From: Trichoplax adhaerens
Taxonomy: Eukaryota; Animalia; Placozoa
Direction of reading: 5' to 3'
DNA length: 64,000 bases
NCBI RefSeq assembly: GCF_000150275.1
Contig: NW_002060982.1
Span: 69,683-133,682, forward strand
A model generated the notes under the pieces. That model saw nothing but the letters and a program-made list of their open reading frames with translations, made no database searches and was not told where the DNA came from. The position numbers and the translations under genes are program-made. Of the stretch, positions 12,779 through 26,429 are shown one piece after another; position 1 is the stretch's first letter; each line of letters opens with the position of its first letter.

Positions 12779-15700
12779 ATTGGAGCTATTTAAATCTTAT
12801 GTTAAATCAAAGCATTGGTTGAAAGTTGAAATTTAAAATAAACTTTGGGTTAACAAGTCTTTTCGATCGCAATTGATAATAATATTTATGTACGCTATCT
12901 CTCTATGGCAGGCGGAAAATTTGAAAATGGCCAAAATGACTTTATTCATCGACAACAGAGAGGGAATATTTCTACTTGAACTATAGCCACAAGTCTTATT
13001 ACTTTTACTAAATGAAGCTAGCATAATTTTTTAGAATTTTCTATTTGGCAGAGCGCTAGATCAACAAAGCCATACGTTCATCATTCTACAACAACTGGTA
13101 TACTCTGCTATTTTGGGATAAACAAGGCTAAAATTCCCTTTTGATTAGGACATCGACAAACTTTAGCCTACGTCATATTGCCAGTTCTTATAGCTAGTGC
13201 AGAGTCAGCATCATTCATGAACATTCCTATTAAATATGGTGACGTAATATAAAGCATACGCGTACGTTTAGATATAATTTTCTATGTATAAAGGAGGTAA
13301 AATGAATTAGTGCTATTGTAAATTCGCATATTAGGTACCGATAGGGTATGTGAACACTTTCATGAATCTCTATAATAATACTATCGAGATACAGTCAATA
13401 ATACCATCCTATGTAGGCCAGATTTTACTGCATGGACTAGATACTTTATTGAGTTTGCAAAATGTAAAGTACCGTGTTGTAGACTCTACTTAACTGAAGT
13501 AAGAGCATGGCTTTATATTCTACTAATACGATTATAGCTGCTTCATAGTACTGTGAAAATAAAGGAATTATGACTTGTAGTTACTGATGAAATATAGATA
13601 CGTAATTATATTGCCGCCTAAATATAAGTACTAATCGCAATACTGGCCATTAAAATGATATTGCACATAATATAATAAATTTCTTTCAAGAACCGTGTAG
13701 TATTGATTGAGACTAGTATCATGGCGTCTGACTTTTTATTTAAATATTCGCACGATGATCAAGATCACTTAGTCGGTCTCAAAGCATTTTCCTTTGTATT
13801 AACAGAAAAAGTATTTTTCTAGCAATGAATCAGGAAAATTGAAACGAGTCGATTTTTTTGCATAGCATTAGAATAATTCAACTGGCTTTAAAAATCCAGA
13901 CAATGCACGTAACAGACTAAACACTATCTTTCTTTTTCTTAGAAACTACTAGCATACCTTAGAAATAAAATTACATCGAATTAGAAAATAATTACATATA
14001 ATAGCCCAGAATAAATTAAAACAATGCAGATTGATATGTGGCGATTTATAAAGGATTGGCATTCTTCGTTATTCATGATATATTTATCGGATATCCAATG
14101 ACATAGTGACCTAAAATACGATATTGAAAATATTAGAATTAAGGTATTTCTAAAAGTTATTCCTCTAATAATTCATCAAGCGACGATGATGAGAGTCGAA
14201 ATGTGTCTTGCATTCTGAACGTATTTTATAAAGACATTTTCTTCTTTAATCTTAAATGTCTGTACATATTTAATAACCATGGAACAAATATCAAACATCT
14301 AGTATTGTGAACAATTGCATAAGCTAATGAATTAAAATTGGTTACAATGAGACACATTTTGATATCAAATTGAAATATCTACAGAAACAAAGCTGATAAA
14401 AATCTAAGTATGTCTTGATATTAGCTAAGAACATGTGTGACCAAAATATAAGGTAAAAGCTGCTGCAGAGCCAATCCTTGACTTTCTTATCTTTGTTTTC
14501 TTAGTCACGTATATTACCAATATGCTAATACAAATTATAAATTAGTGCATGAAAGTAATTGAATATTATGTGAGCTATGATAATGTTGCGAGTTTTGATT
14601 CTTGATAGCTTACCAGAAACGATGCACATTTAGAATTGCATCTGAAAATTAATACAATATATCAAAATCTAAAAAAGAATTTGCAACACGAGCAATTTCT
14701 AGCTTTGACGATTGTCTGCGTATGCTACTGCAATTCCCGAATAGTTTTCGGCATTCTTAATGCCTAAACCTTTAAGCAACCATTCCATTAACTTACCGAT
14801 ACTTGATGTTATAGCAAATCATATTGCAGACAAATAAAAAGAATGCAAAGTAAGATGCGAGTGCAGCAATATCTTAATTATCGAAAGACTAACTCATAAC
14901 TAGACATCATGTTATTCGAAATCATGGTATAACTTCGTCGAAATACTGAGCGTGAAGCTACCGTTAGTGATTGTTCTCACTTAATTCCATAAGCAAATAG
15001 CGTTGAAGACATAAGTACATCTCGCTACAGATATTTTAAATGTTATAAAATAAAATTAATAAAAATCTGCAACATGCAATTTATGATTCAACTTCAGCTG
15101 TGCATATTACACATGTCCGTTTGCATAATTATTAGAATTATTGACCGTAATGAAGACGGATCTTGTCTTATTTAAAGGTAAATGTTAAGTATACAGCCCA
15201 ACTTTTCTATTATTTTATATAAGTGATAAAATAATAGCATAAAGTTGCAATCTACAACCCTAATACACGAGAGTTTGAAACATATTGCTATAGATACATA
15301 AAGCCTAAGTTTCTATTGTAAAGGTTTTGTCCATTCTTTAGCATTGACGATATTTTTTCATTCAATGCTCTCTCTTTATTTATATTTAAATTATATTCAA
15401 TTTCAGCATGAGTGATTTGTTATTTGCAATTATAATAGACTAGAAATTCATCATTTTAATTGTCCGACGTTTCTATTTTATTAAACAATGCTTTTTCTTT
15501 TATTCTACAAGTTTTACAATCAGTTATTTGATAAAAGTTTCATATCATTGATTTTAAGCTTCTCCAAAACAAGTAGATCATCAAGATAAAGTAACTATTC
15601 TTACAATTAACGGAGCATAATTTTCTATATATTTCTATTAAAACCATAGTAAAAATACTGATTGATAAGATTCGTCGGTAAACGATTTACCTAATTATTT

Positions 15701-16139
15701 GGTTTTATTAATTATATGCGTATTTTCAGTAGAAATTATTGTTAAAGGCTCCATTAAAGTTGTAATCAAGTTTCGTCTCAAGTAAGTATACCAACAATTA
15801 TTTCATCATCCTTTCATAGTGTAGTGTATTTAGAATATACTGTAACTATATTCTACTCTTAAATATAGACATGTTGTATTGCTCTTATATTTAGACAGAT
15901 CTACAGTCCGCTTACTCTACATTCATATATAGACTACTATATTTAGTTATTACAGTACTCGCTGTTTTCTACAATCATCTGCTATTTTGTAACCTGTTAT
16001 GGTATATGTTTGTCACAAATCTCCTCTGCGACACTTGTACTATCAAGGCTAGCAACTACTAACCTACTTACTGTCACTGACTATTCTTCAAACTAACTCT
16101 TGATGAATAGTACAGACTAAGACTAACTTTCTTAATCAC

Positions 16140-16450
16140 AGTGAGAGACTATTTGATAGCGTTTAGAGTTACTTTATTATTTATCAGCTCAGATCACTAA
16201 CTAGATCAACTGTAAAAAACTCTCTATGTATTTGGGCCGTGACCCTTTATATATCTTTCCAGTGTTTTGCTGGCGCACGGTTATTCTTTGCACGTGCTCT
16301 ATCTTTAAAACTATAAATACCGGCGATTTCTACCTCAGAGTTCATTAGCCTCTCTGTTAGTCTTCTATTTAGTCTCTCACAGTCTAATACTTCTACTCGT
16401 TACTCACGACAGCTTGCACGCTGATCTACCGTAGCTACCTCACTGTACTT
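16140..16450 (-). repeat. Diverged interspersed repeat, copy 1 (related to 29580-29880)
   Basis: Its reverse complement shares AGCGTGCAAGCT (16411-16422 vs 29692-29703) and collinear downstream blocks (gtaac.ag.agaa.ta; tttata..taa.ga..agcac; aaaacac). Confidence 0.45.
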
Positions 16451-17239
16451 CAAATTACTAACCTACAATAAAGCATAACTTTCATAAACCCTTTGTTGTA
16501 ATAATTGTAAATGGCGACTAAATCTCAATCCTCTGAGATATCGAACCCTCCATCAAACATAGTAATCGCAAGAACTCAGCATCTATCTAAATGATCGAAA
16601 CAACTAAGTTGGAATCTTTTCGTTTTCAACTTGATAATTGATTGTTCTTTCAGTTTGCTTTAAATCAGATTAAATCATTATAGATATATCATACATTTAA
16701 TGATATTTATTTAAATTCTTATTATCAATGCGGAATTTAGCATATCTTTTCGATACAAAAAAGAAGCATCTAGATTCAATTCAAATCGAAAAGGGCACTA
16801 TCTAAAATTAGGATTTAACTCTTCCTAATCGTTATAAATCAATCAATAAAAATTCATTTTTACTACTTATTATTAAGAGTAAATCTTTTCTTTCTTCATA
16901 CCTTCAATTTCTGATAAGTTTCATTAATTATGAGAAATTTAATCAAAAAATTGTTAAACAATGTTATAATCTACCTTTTACATTCTATATGAAAAAAAAG
17001 TTGTTTCTATAATTTGACTTCAGCTTATTCTATCTAGTACAGACCCGCTTACCTCAACTTTCAATCTCAATTTGGAATGATCTTATTCTAGCAGCAATCC
17101 ACAATCCGTGAATACGCGCATAATTACCGTACTTTCGACTTTGGCTGTTATCTACGTTGGGCTACCAACATTCATTTTGTGTTTAGTTAAGTCCTATCAT
17201 AGTATAAACTCTAGCGCTAGAAATTCTCAGAAATACTGA

Positions 17240-17430
17240 ATGATATTGAAATTATTACTTATTGTCAGGTTCAAGTATTTATGCTTTACAGTATATCAAA
17301 AAAGTGATTAATTTCTATGATATTGTATCTCTATTGAAAGAATTGGAATTAATGAAATTGATGTCAAAAGCCTTAACTTGATTAAAAACATTGATCAAGA
17401 ATGTTATAGCAACCATCAAAGAGGAGATTT
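17240..17430 (+). mobile_element. Eroded non-LTR retrotransposon reverse-transcriptase fragment
   Basis: Frameshifted pieces YLCFTVYQKSD ... SLLKELE ... EIDVKSLNLIKNI ... NVIATIK resemble the LINE RT segment YLCFIDYxKAFD...L..L.IDGKDLRLIKNLY..A.IK. Confidence 0.4.
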
Positions 17431-18239
17431 TTTAAAATCATAACATATTACATGTAGAATCAATTTTTGATTAATGATAATCTAACCAGTAGTTTGCGTA
17501 ATTAGCGGGTGTAGAAATGGCACGAAGAGTTCATCGTTTCTTTTCATTGGTACTTAAATTATAACTCGCATCTATGGCCTCTAATGATCGATATCTTTCT
17601 CTAGCTGTCATACTATCGGACCAACGAAATCAATTATTTATGCAGTTTAATATTTGGTTTACAGTATTAGAAAATGATTACTAATTCCGCTTTTGTAAAA
17701 CAATTATTATTCTATAACCTATTATAATTATTAGATTATTAAGATAATTCTGTATTAATAACGTAACTTATTACAGAAACGATTTACTTATCGGCAATTA
17801 TTTAATACATTATCATTCAAGAAATACCTTTACTAAAATTAAATTCATTGACAAATCTCGAATCTTTCCCCTAGCTGTCTTTTAAAAATATCATTTCCAT
17901 AATCGAAGATGACAAGTTAAGGGTTCATTTTTATTATTTATCGGTAGCCAGCATGCTATAGAAGATGACAATACACAAAATCATCCTGCAATAAACTTGA
18001 ATAAGTTAATGCAAAGTTTCGATATCACCGGCGTATTTTTAAATTTACTATTTCAATGAGCTTATGATGATAAACTAGACGTAGTGAATATTATATTTTC
18101 CTGAATTATAAACAAAGATAGAACAATAGAATGCAAGGGCATTGGTCCAAAATCAATCAATTCCTCTTCAATTAATTATTGCATTTGTAAAAGCGAAAGA
18201 CTAATAGATCTTGATTAGGTTCCACTTTATCATTGAACA

Positions 18240-18670
18240 ATACGTGTGCTATACGCAAAATTTATCTTATAAATGTCTCAGGGATGGCATATTAAAAATT
18301 AAACAGGTTTTAATTAACCGTTGATCATTCCAGGTGATTTCGGCATCAGTCAAATAGTAATTTCATCTATAATTTCAAAAAACTTCCTAAAATTTCGAAT
18401 AAATGAAGTTAGCCTTCAGACAAGTATTTCAGTAGAACCAAAGGACAACATTTCTATTTGTGATGCAAATGAGAAAAGTGTGTACTGTATGTTTAAAATA
18501 CTTCAAGACTCGGCTCAAAATAGTTATCCTCCGTTGCTATAAATTGACCTTCAAAGTCAATATCAAAAGTTGTTTTGGTTAATATTCAGTATTTCCTCTT
18601 CTAGCCTAAAATTAATTTATTTGTGAGGCAATAGTCAATAGGAAGTAGTTGGCCATGACCTCCTTTCTTA
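18240..18670 (+). mobile_element. Eroded LINE apurinic-endonuclease (APE) fragment
   Basis: Ordered degenerate motifs VCY.., IIPGDFG (cf. IIxGDFN), FLKF.INEVSLQ..VEP.DNI (cf. FL..LN...L.Q.V.EPTR..NILD) and IGSS.HDLL (cf. LG.SDH.LI). Confidence 0.45.
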
Positions 18671-21600
18671 ATCTCCCCTAAATCCAGAGGAAATTACTTG
18701 GCTGACATTTATCAACATTTGCGAATCGTTCTCACCAGCGACACTTATTTATAATTAAGTTCTGTATCTATCGGTTAAATTTTAAAATATTATAACATCA
18801 AGTAAAAAAGAAAAGAACTAAACTAAATATGAGTTGCAAAAACATTCAAGAGATATGCGTGCTGCATCTTACAAAGTAAACTTTTACTTTAACTGCTTGT
18901 AAGCCTAAGCAAGGCCTAGCGCATATCGTAACTTGAAGTTACCACATATACGTGTAAGCTTCGCCAAATCATAATATTCTAAATTATGTATCATGGTTCT
19001 TAATACTATAATATAAACAGCATGCCGAAAATTAGAACTATGAATAAAAGCATCTTGATTTACTTTTTTGATCTTAATTTTTGATAAGGCCATATTTTAG
19101 TTTCACGCTGGGAAAGGATAAAATGTCAGTTAAACATAGACACCTGACTAATAATAAATTAACATATCCGCCTGGAATTAATGCTTTCCTTAAAATTATC
19201 ATAGATATACTGTACCGATGACTTTATCAACTCGAGCGTAAAGGTGTTAGATTGGTGTAACTTCACTCGAATAGTTGTGTAATTAACATAAAATTCATAC
19301 TAAATTATGTGATAGCATACAATAAACTATCTAACATGGTTAAAATTCGCTAATACTTTCAAAGTTTTATCTATTGGTAGCATATATATCAGATTTAGGC
19401 CTAGTAGTAACACCAAATTCACAGAAATTTGAGTTTAGTTTAGAAGAATCAAAATTAGAGAAATAGTCCAATTTGATTATGTTGCATACAAGTCCTTACT
19501 AATTAATTCATACTAAATATAGTAGTATGAAATGAGGGTACCAGAGGGAATTTAAATGGCAATCTTTATTTCACTAATACTCGTATTGTACAATTATTAG
19601 AAATTCAGTTTGTAATTTAAATGCATGTTATATAATAGAGTCTGGAATTAGAATTTGCTTCAATAACAAAAAAAGGTTAAAAGTTATTCCCTTATTTTAA
19701 AATGTAAGGGTGGCACATTTTGATATATTTACTAAAGCACAATAATCAAAATTGATTAAAACTTACATTGAAAGATAAAATAGAATTTACGCCTCAATTT
19801 TAAGATAAATAGTATATAAGTAATTATCAAGGTTGATTTAAATTTACAGTTAGGATTTAGTGGAGATTCTCAAGTTTATAACAGAGCAAATTGGTACTTT
19901 GAAAATTCAATAGAAATTTTGGATATAGCATTTATACAGTATCAGCTTTAGACTACAAGTATTCGTATAGATAGATAACGAGTTAATAATTAATTTTAAA
20001 GGCGAGGGCTATAATGAAATTATTTCATATCTTAAAGTTCTGGATATCTAGTTAACTATTTCAAATATAAACTGATAAAAGCTGTAATAAATGCATCAAT
20101 ATAAATTAATGTTGAAATACTAATTATAATGGAATGTCAATTTCAATGTGTTCAATTGCGTCCGTGACATTTTCTATTATTAACTTCAGCCACGTTATCC
20201 ATTACAGGCTTTACTTACTTAATTATATAAATATTACCCTCGAGTTGGCTAGAAATCATATCTCCAGCTTTAATTTAATGAAATGGAAAAATAATTCATA
20301 ATTCAATTAGTCCAAACGATTATTTAACCGTAAATATATTATAATACTGAAGTGAAATCAACAAAGTCGATCAAATAGAATTTCAAACTTAAATGAGACA
20401 TATTCTTAACCGTTTGAATGAAAATCTTTGACCTGCTTTTATTTTATTATAATCCTTGATCGATGATCATTCCAAGAAATTTGATCATTATTTGTATTTT
20501 TATTCCGCCAAAATAATTTTAGCAAGATTTTTTTGAACGTAATGAAGAGAATATACTAAGTCATGCATATCGATTTGCCATTTCAAATGTTATAATAGTC
20601 TATCTCTTTAGGATGTTGGTCCACATGCCTACTGAACTGAGTATAATGCGCTATTAAGACAGGAGAATAAGATCTTATAAAAATTTATCATGTCTCCCTT
20701 TTACCCCATAAATTTATTATTATACCAACCCTAAATTATTCCACAAAGATAGAAATTGCTTGATGCAAAAGAATAATACAAAGATTGAAATATCGAAAAA
20801 GTATTAATCACGTTTCCGATAAGAGTTTAAATTGTATAGTACGTTTTATTAAATGCCTTCTATTCTTATATGAATAACGATAGTCACTTGCCAACAAAAT
20901 GCTACCGGCTGACATTTCCTCTTATTCTTACTGTTAACATAATTAATAACTATTTAATCTACCGCATTTAACAGATTTTGTAGTCAGGTATACGTCCGTA
21001 GATATTATCTAGAGTTAATTCTGTATGGCAAGTGAACACAGTAGACAATGTACGTTCCAAGCCTGTATAATTAATAAAGTTAATTTATTTACTATCCTTA
21101 CGGATATATTCATCGTCGCTCAATCTCATTGTTCTGATGTTTTTTTTACTCTCAAATAACAGACAATGCTGAAATTAAATGCAATATTTACTTGTTTTAT
21201 TTCAATAATATTTATGATGACCCTGTTTCATTTATTTCGATATGAAACTTGCTCATGTTCGTGATGAAGCAATAACTATTAATACTCAGATACTCTTATT
21301 TCTATTTACTTTCTACAAGATCTTTCCATTACCATGATATCTAGACGGTAATCATTTTATGGGAATATTAGTACTACGTTAGAGATTTTACGTAGGATGA
21401 AATTATTCATTATATTAATCTTAAATTGTTTTCTTAAACAAATACAAAGTCTAGCTTGATCAATTTTTTTGACTGAGATTCTTTATACGTTTAATAGAGA
21501 CAATGAGTAACGTTCAAACTTTATCTGATGATTTTTTAACATCTTTTAATTGAAATCCGTGATGATAATGGAAGAGTACTACTTATTTCAAATCTTAAGA

Positions 21601-23059
21601 GTAATATCGATGAATTCAGATTTCTGATATACTGGGATAGTCTTCTAGAATTTCTCAATTTCTTCCCTTGCAGTGATTATTGTATCGCATTAAAGCAAAA
21701 AAAATTGAATGTATGGACGAGATTTCTTGGACTAAGTTCCATGAATCGAATGGTAAGTACCACAGTTTTATCAGATTTTTTCTAAGCTTTCTTAATCACT
21801 TCTATTTAGTATATTATTCACTAGAATACTTCCTTATCAAAATAGTATTTGTTGAATTAATTGCCCTTAGAAAGTTCACAAAAGAACTCTTTTGATTATA
21901 CTCAGGTTTATACCTACAAGGAAGCATACTGACTTGAAATTAATCGCCCTTTTTATTGTGAACATGGCTAGCGATAACGATGAAATAATCTTTTGATTAG
22001 TAGGAACTGTTTTAAAATGCACATGCGTCCGATTATGTTATTGAAAGGGATCTTAAGCGTATTAGTATAATAAATAAACCTAAATATTTTGTTGGTGAGA
22101 GATATTACAATTAATCTTGGTTAAATGTTAGATAAATTTCAAGTTACAAATTGCTAAAATAAACAGAGCTCAAAAATTATTAAATATGTCTCTATATTGC
22201 TCGAATTGGAGGAGCAATTGAAGAAGCTTAAGCGGCATTACTGTTAGCTATAGATCAGTTTTCTTCTATCCTGATCAAGAATTGATTATAATATTCGCAC
22301 GGAGGCTATGCTTACCTAAGCTAAAGGTTTATAACACATATTGTACAAATCCTTATTTTATAAATTAAAGACATTTTTGTAATCGTAATTATTGACAAAA
22401 ATTAGAAAGATCGTTACTATTACGAGCATAAATGGTAATAAATGTATCATAGTAACGCTAACAATTCAATAAATTAAGAAATTTTTAATTCTATTTTCGA
22501 CTCAAATTTGTTATTGATTTTCAATCAGTGATGCCGTAAAATTTCATTTAGTTCTCAATTTTATGGAACTTACTTTAGAAATTGTTAAAACCCATAGGAA
22601 CAAAATTATAGCCACCCATTGATGAGTGATTATGTTATCAGTTTTTTGGTGACTGCCTTTAAAATTTTGAAGAAAGAGAAGTTTTCGACCTAACATTGAG
22701 TATAGTTGATTTCTGGCGGCAAGTACTGTTTTCAGCATTTAACATACAATTGTAATTGAGAAGATAAACACACTTTTACCTTAAGTCATGCCACTTGTGA
22801 GGAGATTACTAAAAAGATCTTACTGCGATAAACGTGTCAGAGGGTTTATTCAGTGACTTTTTAGTAAAAATCACGATCTAAAAGTGTGAAAATATGGAAC
22901 ACCATTGCTATAATGGTTATAATTCATAAACAGATATAAACGTTGTATCCTTCTGCTGTCTAATTTGTTTGTCTATCTCAATGGCATGATTTCGCTTCAT
23001 GTAAGCTTTTCTTTCTATCTAAATTAAAATTGAGTAAATTTACTTAAGTTAATCCTTTA

Positions 23060-26000
23060 CACGTAAATTAAAATTTAAGGCAACTGGTTTCAAGGGTTTC
23101 AAATCAAATAGTCTGATCTCGACATTTCCATTAATACTTGAAATATATATATATTAATGCATTCATCAGCTAAAGTTATAAATTTATTGATACGATAATA
23201 TATACCGAAAACAGAAATGTTACTCTTATGTACGCATATCTGCCAAAAAGTAAAGCCATGCAGCCTAACTTCGAAACAATTTCTAATTAGTTAATTGTAA
23301 TTGGAATAGCTGATAGTAAGGTGCAACAGTAATTGCTTCTTAACTTCTAAATTTTGGGGCAGGCCTTTTAACAAGTTAGGATTAACAGGCTAGCTAGCTG
23401 TAGTAAACATCGGTAGCCATTTAAACGAAGCTAATCAACGGCTTTAGATCTATGCTGTATGCAAAAAGATTCCAGATAGATAGTTGTCTCAGATGAAATA
23501 GAGTAAAATAACCTATTAATAATTAAGAAAGTACGTGCATAATAGCGTTCATATAAGTCTATTAAAACAATTTACAATAGAGCACATGGCCTTTTACAAC
23601 TGCTAATTTAATCTCTGTAAAAGCCTCAAACACTATGTTGTGCACCTTCAGAAATAGTTTTATCCTAGAATTGATTCCTTTTTTCGACGTCGTTTTGGCA
23701 AAGACATAGTATATCATTGTCGATCAATTCAAATTACAGAAAATATAATTTTGAAACCTACATCATAGATTTTTATACTCTCAATGGAAAATCATTTATT
23801 GACAATTGCAATGCAAATACTAATTACATGATATTTCTCCTCGAAGCATTTTTATAAAATCGTCGACTATTAGGCGATGCATGTTATGTAAGATACCTAA
23901 TTTCAAAACACTATAGACTAAAATGAACAATGGCTGTATCTTTAAAATCGCAACTTTACCCTAGTAGCCAACAAAAATCCAGTAATAAGCTAAAAATTTG
24001 CAGATTTTAAATCATTGATAAGATTAATGTTAAATTTTTAGTATCTGAAACTATGTAACAATTAGAATAAATGCAATATATTCTTGGCTAGTATTTATTC
24101 ATGGCTAAGTGTGCAAACTATTCTATATAAATCTTTATATCGATCTATAGTCAAATCTACGTGCAAGTTCTCTTTAGTTCAATAATCAGCAAACGGATCC
24201 ATTTTTTCGGTTAGAAGCAACTACACTACTAGCATCTCCTTGCTAATCGGTGTAGTTGCACCACTTTGGTGAAGAAACATTAAATTCATAGTTTAATGGC
24301 CTTGTACTCTTTCACAGAAAACGATTTATTCATTGAATCGTTTCAATTTTTTAATTCAATAAATTTAGTAGATTAACATTTTACGGAATCAGAGCACCTC
24401 ATTAATAATCAGAAACATTCATTCATCATTTTTTAGAAGCTATTTCTAGTTAAAGCTTCTTTATGACCTATAAGATAGACTATTCTTCAGCATCAATCAT
24501 ACCATGATGGAAGAAAATACTGCCTTCTTTCCATCTCCCTTTGCATACTCTATTTGCAATCACGTGATAGTAAATGATGCAAAATAAAGAGAGGACTTTG
24601 ATCGGATGCTTTGAGTAAAGGAAAGTTAAGGCTCCTTTTATACATAGATTAACAGAATTTCCGACGATAATGACGATAATCTAGCACATTCAAGTTGGAA
24701 ATGAGATGGGGAGACAACCGAATTAAGATCAACCAATTTATCTCATGATCTCACCACTAAATTAGTTTAGTATTTACTCGGTTACGTAGATAAGGTGTGG
24801 TATTGAATATGGCGATAATAGAAAAGTGTTTCATTGCCGTTAGTATAACAATAAGGATAATTATGGTAGTTTAACATTATCATACCAATTTACACATCCG
24901 GATAATCTTTATTTCTCTCCATCTTTATTTTCTTTACAATCATTATCGATACAATACTCATCGATCGACAATCTCGATCTAAATATACATCTATCTAGTT
25001 ATAGATAGCATACAACGCTTTCAAGGAAGAGAATGACGATCAAGTAAATTTGAAATGTATTAACAGGAAAGGGCCAATTGAAGAAGAGCAGAATGATAAA
25101 ATAGACCATACGGATCTAAAGCTGACCATCAAGTCGTATTAGAAGAGATTAAAATAAAAGTTAATTTACACCATTAGCAGATAAATCAATCGATCAATTT
25201 AATCAGAGTCTAACAATTGTTTCCATATTGTCAATCAAACCTTAATTCAATAGTCTCGGTGAAAAGACGACAAAAGAGATTTAAGCGCCCCATGTTTGAT
25301 ACAGCTAATGTCTGGAAAATTATAGTTGATTTAACTCATTCATAGACACGTGCCTATGACCCTATTGGTTGGTTAATACCAAGTCTACGTGCTATGTTAA
25401 TTAATAATAGTAGTCTGAAGGAAAAAATTAACAGATATTAACCCTAGTAAGGGTGCTTAGATGTGCTAACAGTCATTTCCACCTACTCTGCAGTGTAGGC
25501 TGATTAGCTGCCATTCATTCCAAACAGCAACGGTAAGTAGCTTTCATTTAATTTGAGAATTTGAGTTGATGGAGCCGATCGATTAGGAACTAGGCGCGTA
25601 AACTGAAATATTGTCCCACTATCTTGTTCTGTACAGAGTAATCGATCCAATTTGCAGCAAATAAGGAAAAAATGGAAGCCTATCGATGCTGATTCACTTA
25701 GCTGCAAGTAAAGTATATTTTAAAGCATTTAGTAAAACTTTATTTCCTATTCGAATAGTGAAATAAGAAATACTGACAAATACAGAGTTGTCAATTGCTA
25801 GACAGGTAAGATGCCTTCCATCATTGAGTTACGTCAGAGAGATTGAATCATTGTCTTTTTTATTCACCTGTCATAAAATGCCTTCCATGGGTGATGTTGA
25901 ACGAGATTCAATTCAATTCATTTCTATTCAACTTAGCCTGTCCATCCTTCCTCCAACTACGATATAAATGTCTTCAGCCAATTGATTAAACATAGTCACG

Positions 26001-26083
26001 TTACCGCTTGACTGTGCAAGACTTGTCGATAACTTCTTTATTTAATCATTAGCCAAGTTATATCTTCCACTTTATTCTACGTG
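23060..26083. promoter_or_regulatory. Cluster of ACGTG-core (HRE/CME/E-box) motifs upstream of the bHLH-PAS gene
   Basis: CACGTA 23060, TACGTG 23532, 24158, 25386 and 26078, CACGTG 24561 and 25347. Confidence 0.4.
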
Positions 26084-26429
26084 AACGTCAGTAAAAATAA
26101 AATGTATTGTATGGTGTAATTCAATAGCCAGACTACCACCAGTGCTTTTAGTAATGATCGATTGGCATTATTTTTCCTAGGTGAATGCCAGCTATCCATC
26201 CATGGCCAAGATATAAATATCTTCAATGAACTCAGATAGTACCGTGTACTGCGTTTGATATTTCGTCATCGTTTACATATAACGATATCAAGGGTTCTGC
26301 TATCAACAAGAAGTGAATAATCCATCAAAAATTGCTGACATTGGAGTTAGAGGATTAATTAACATCTCTGTCTTGCAAATTACTCATCGGCAATTATAAA
26401 AGGTTCAAGCTGTCTTACAAACACTCAGT

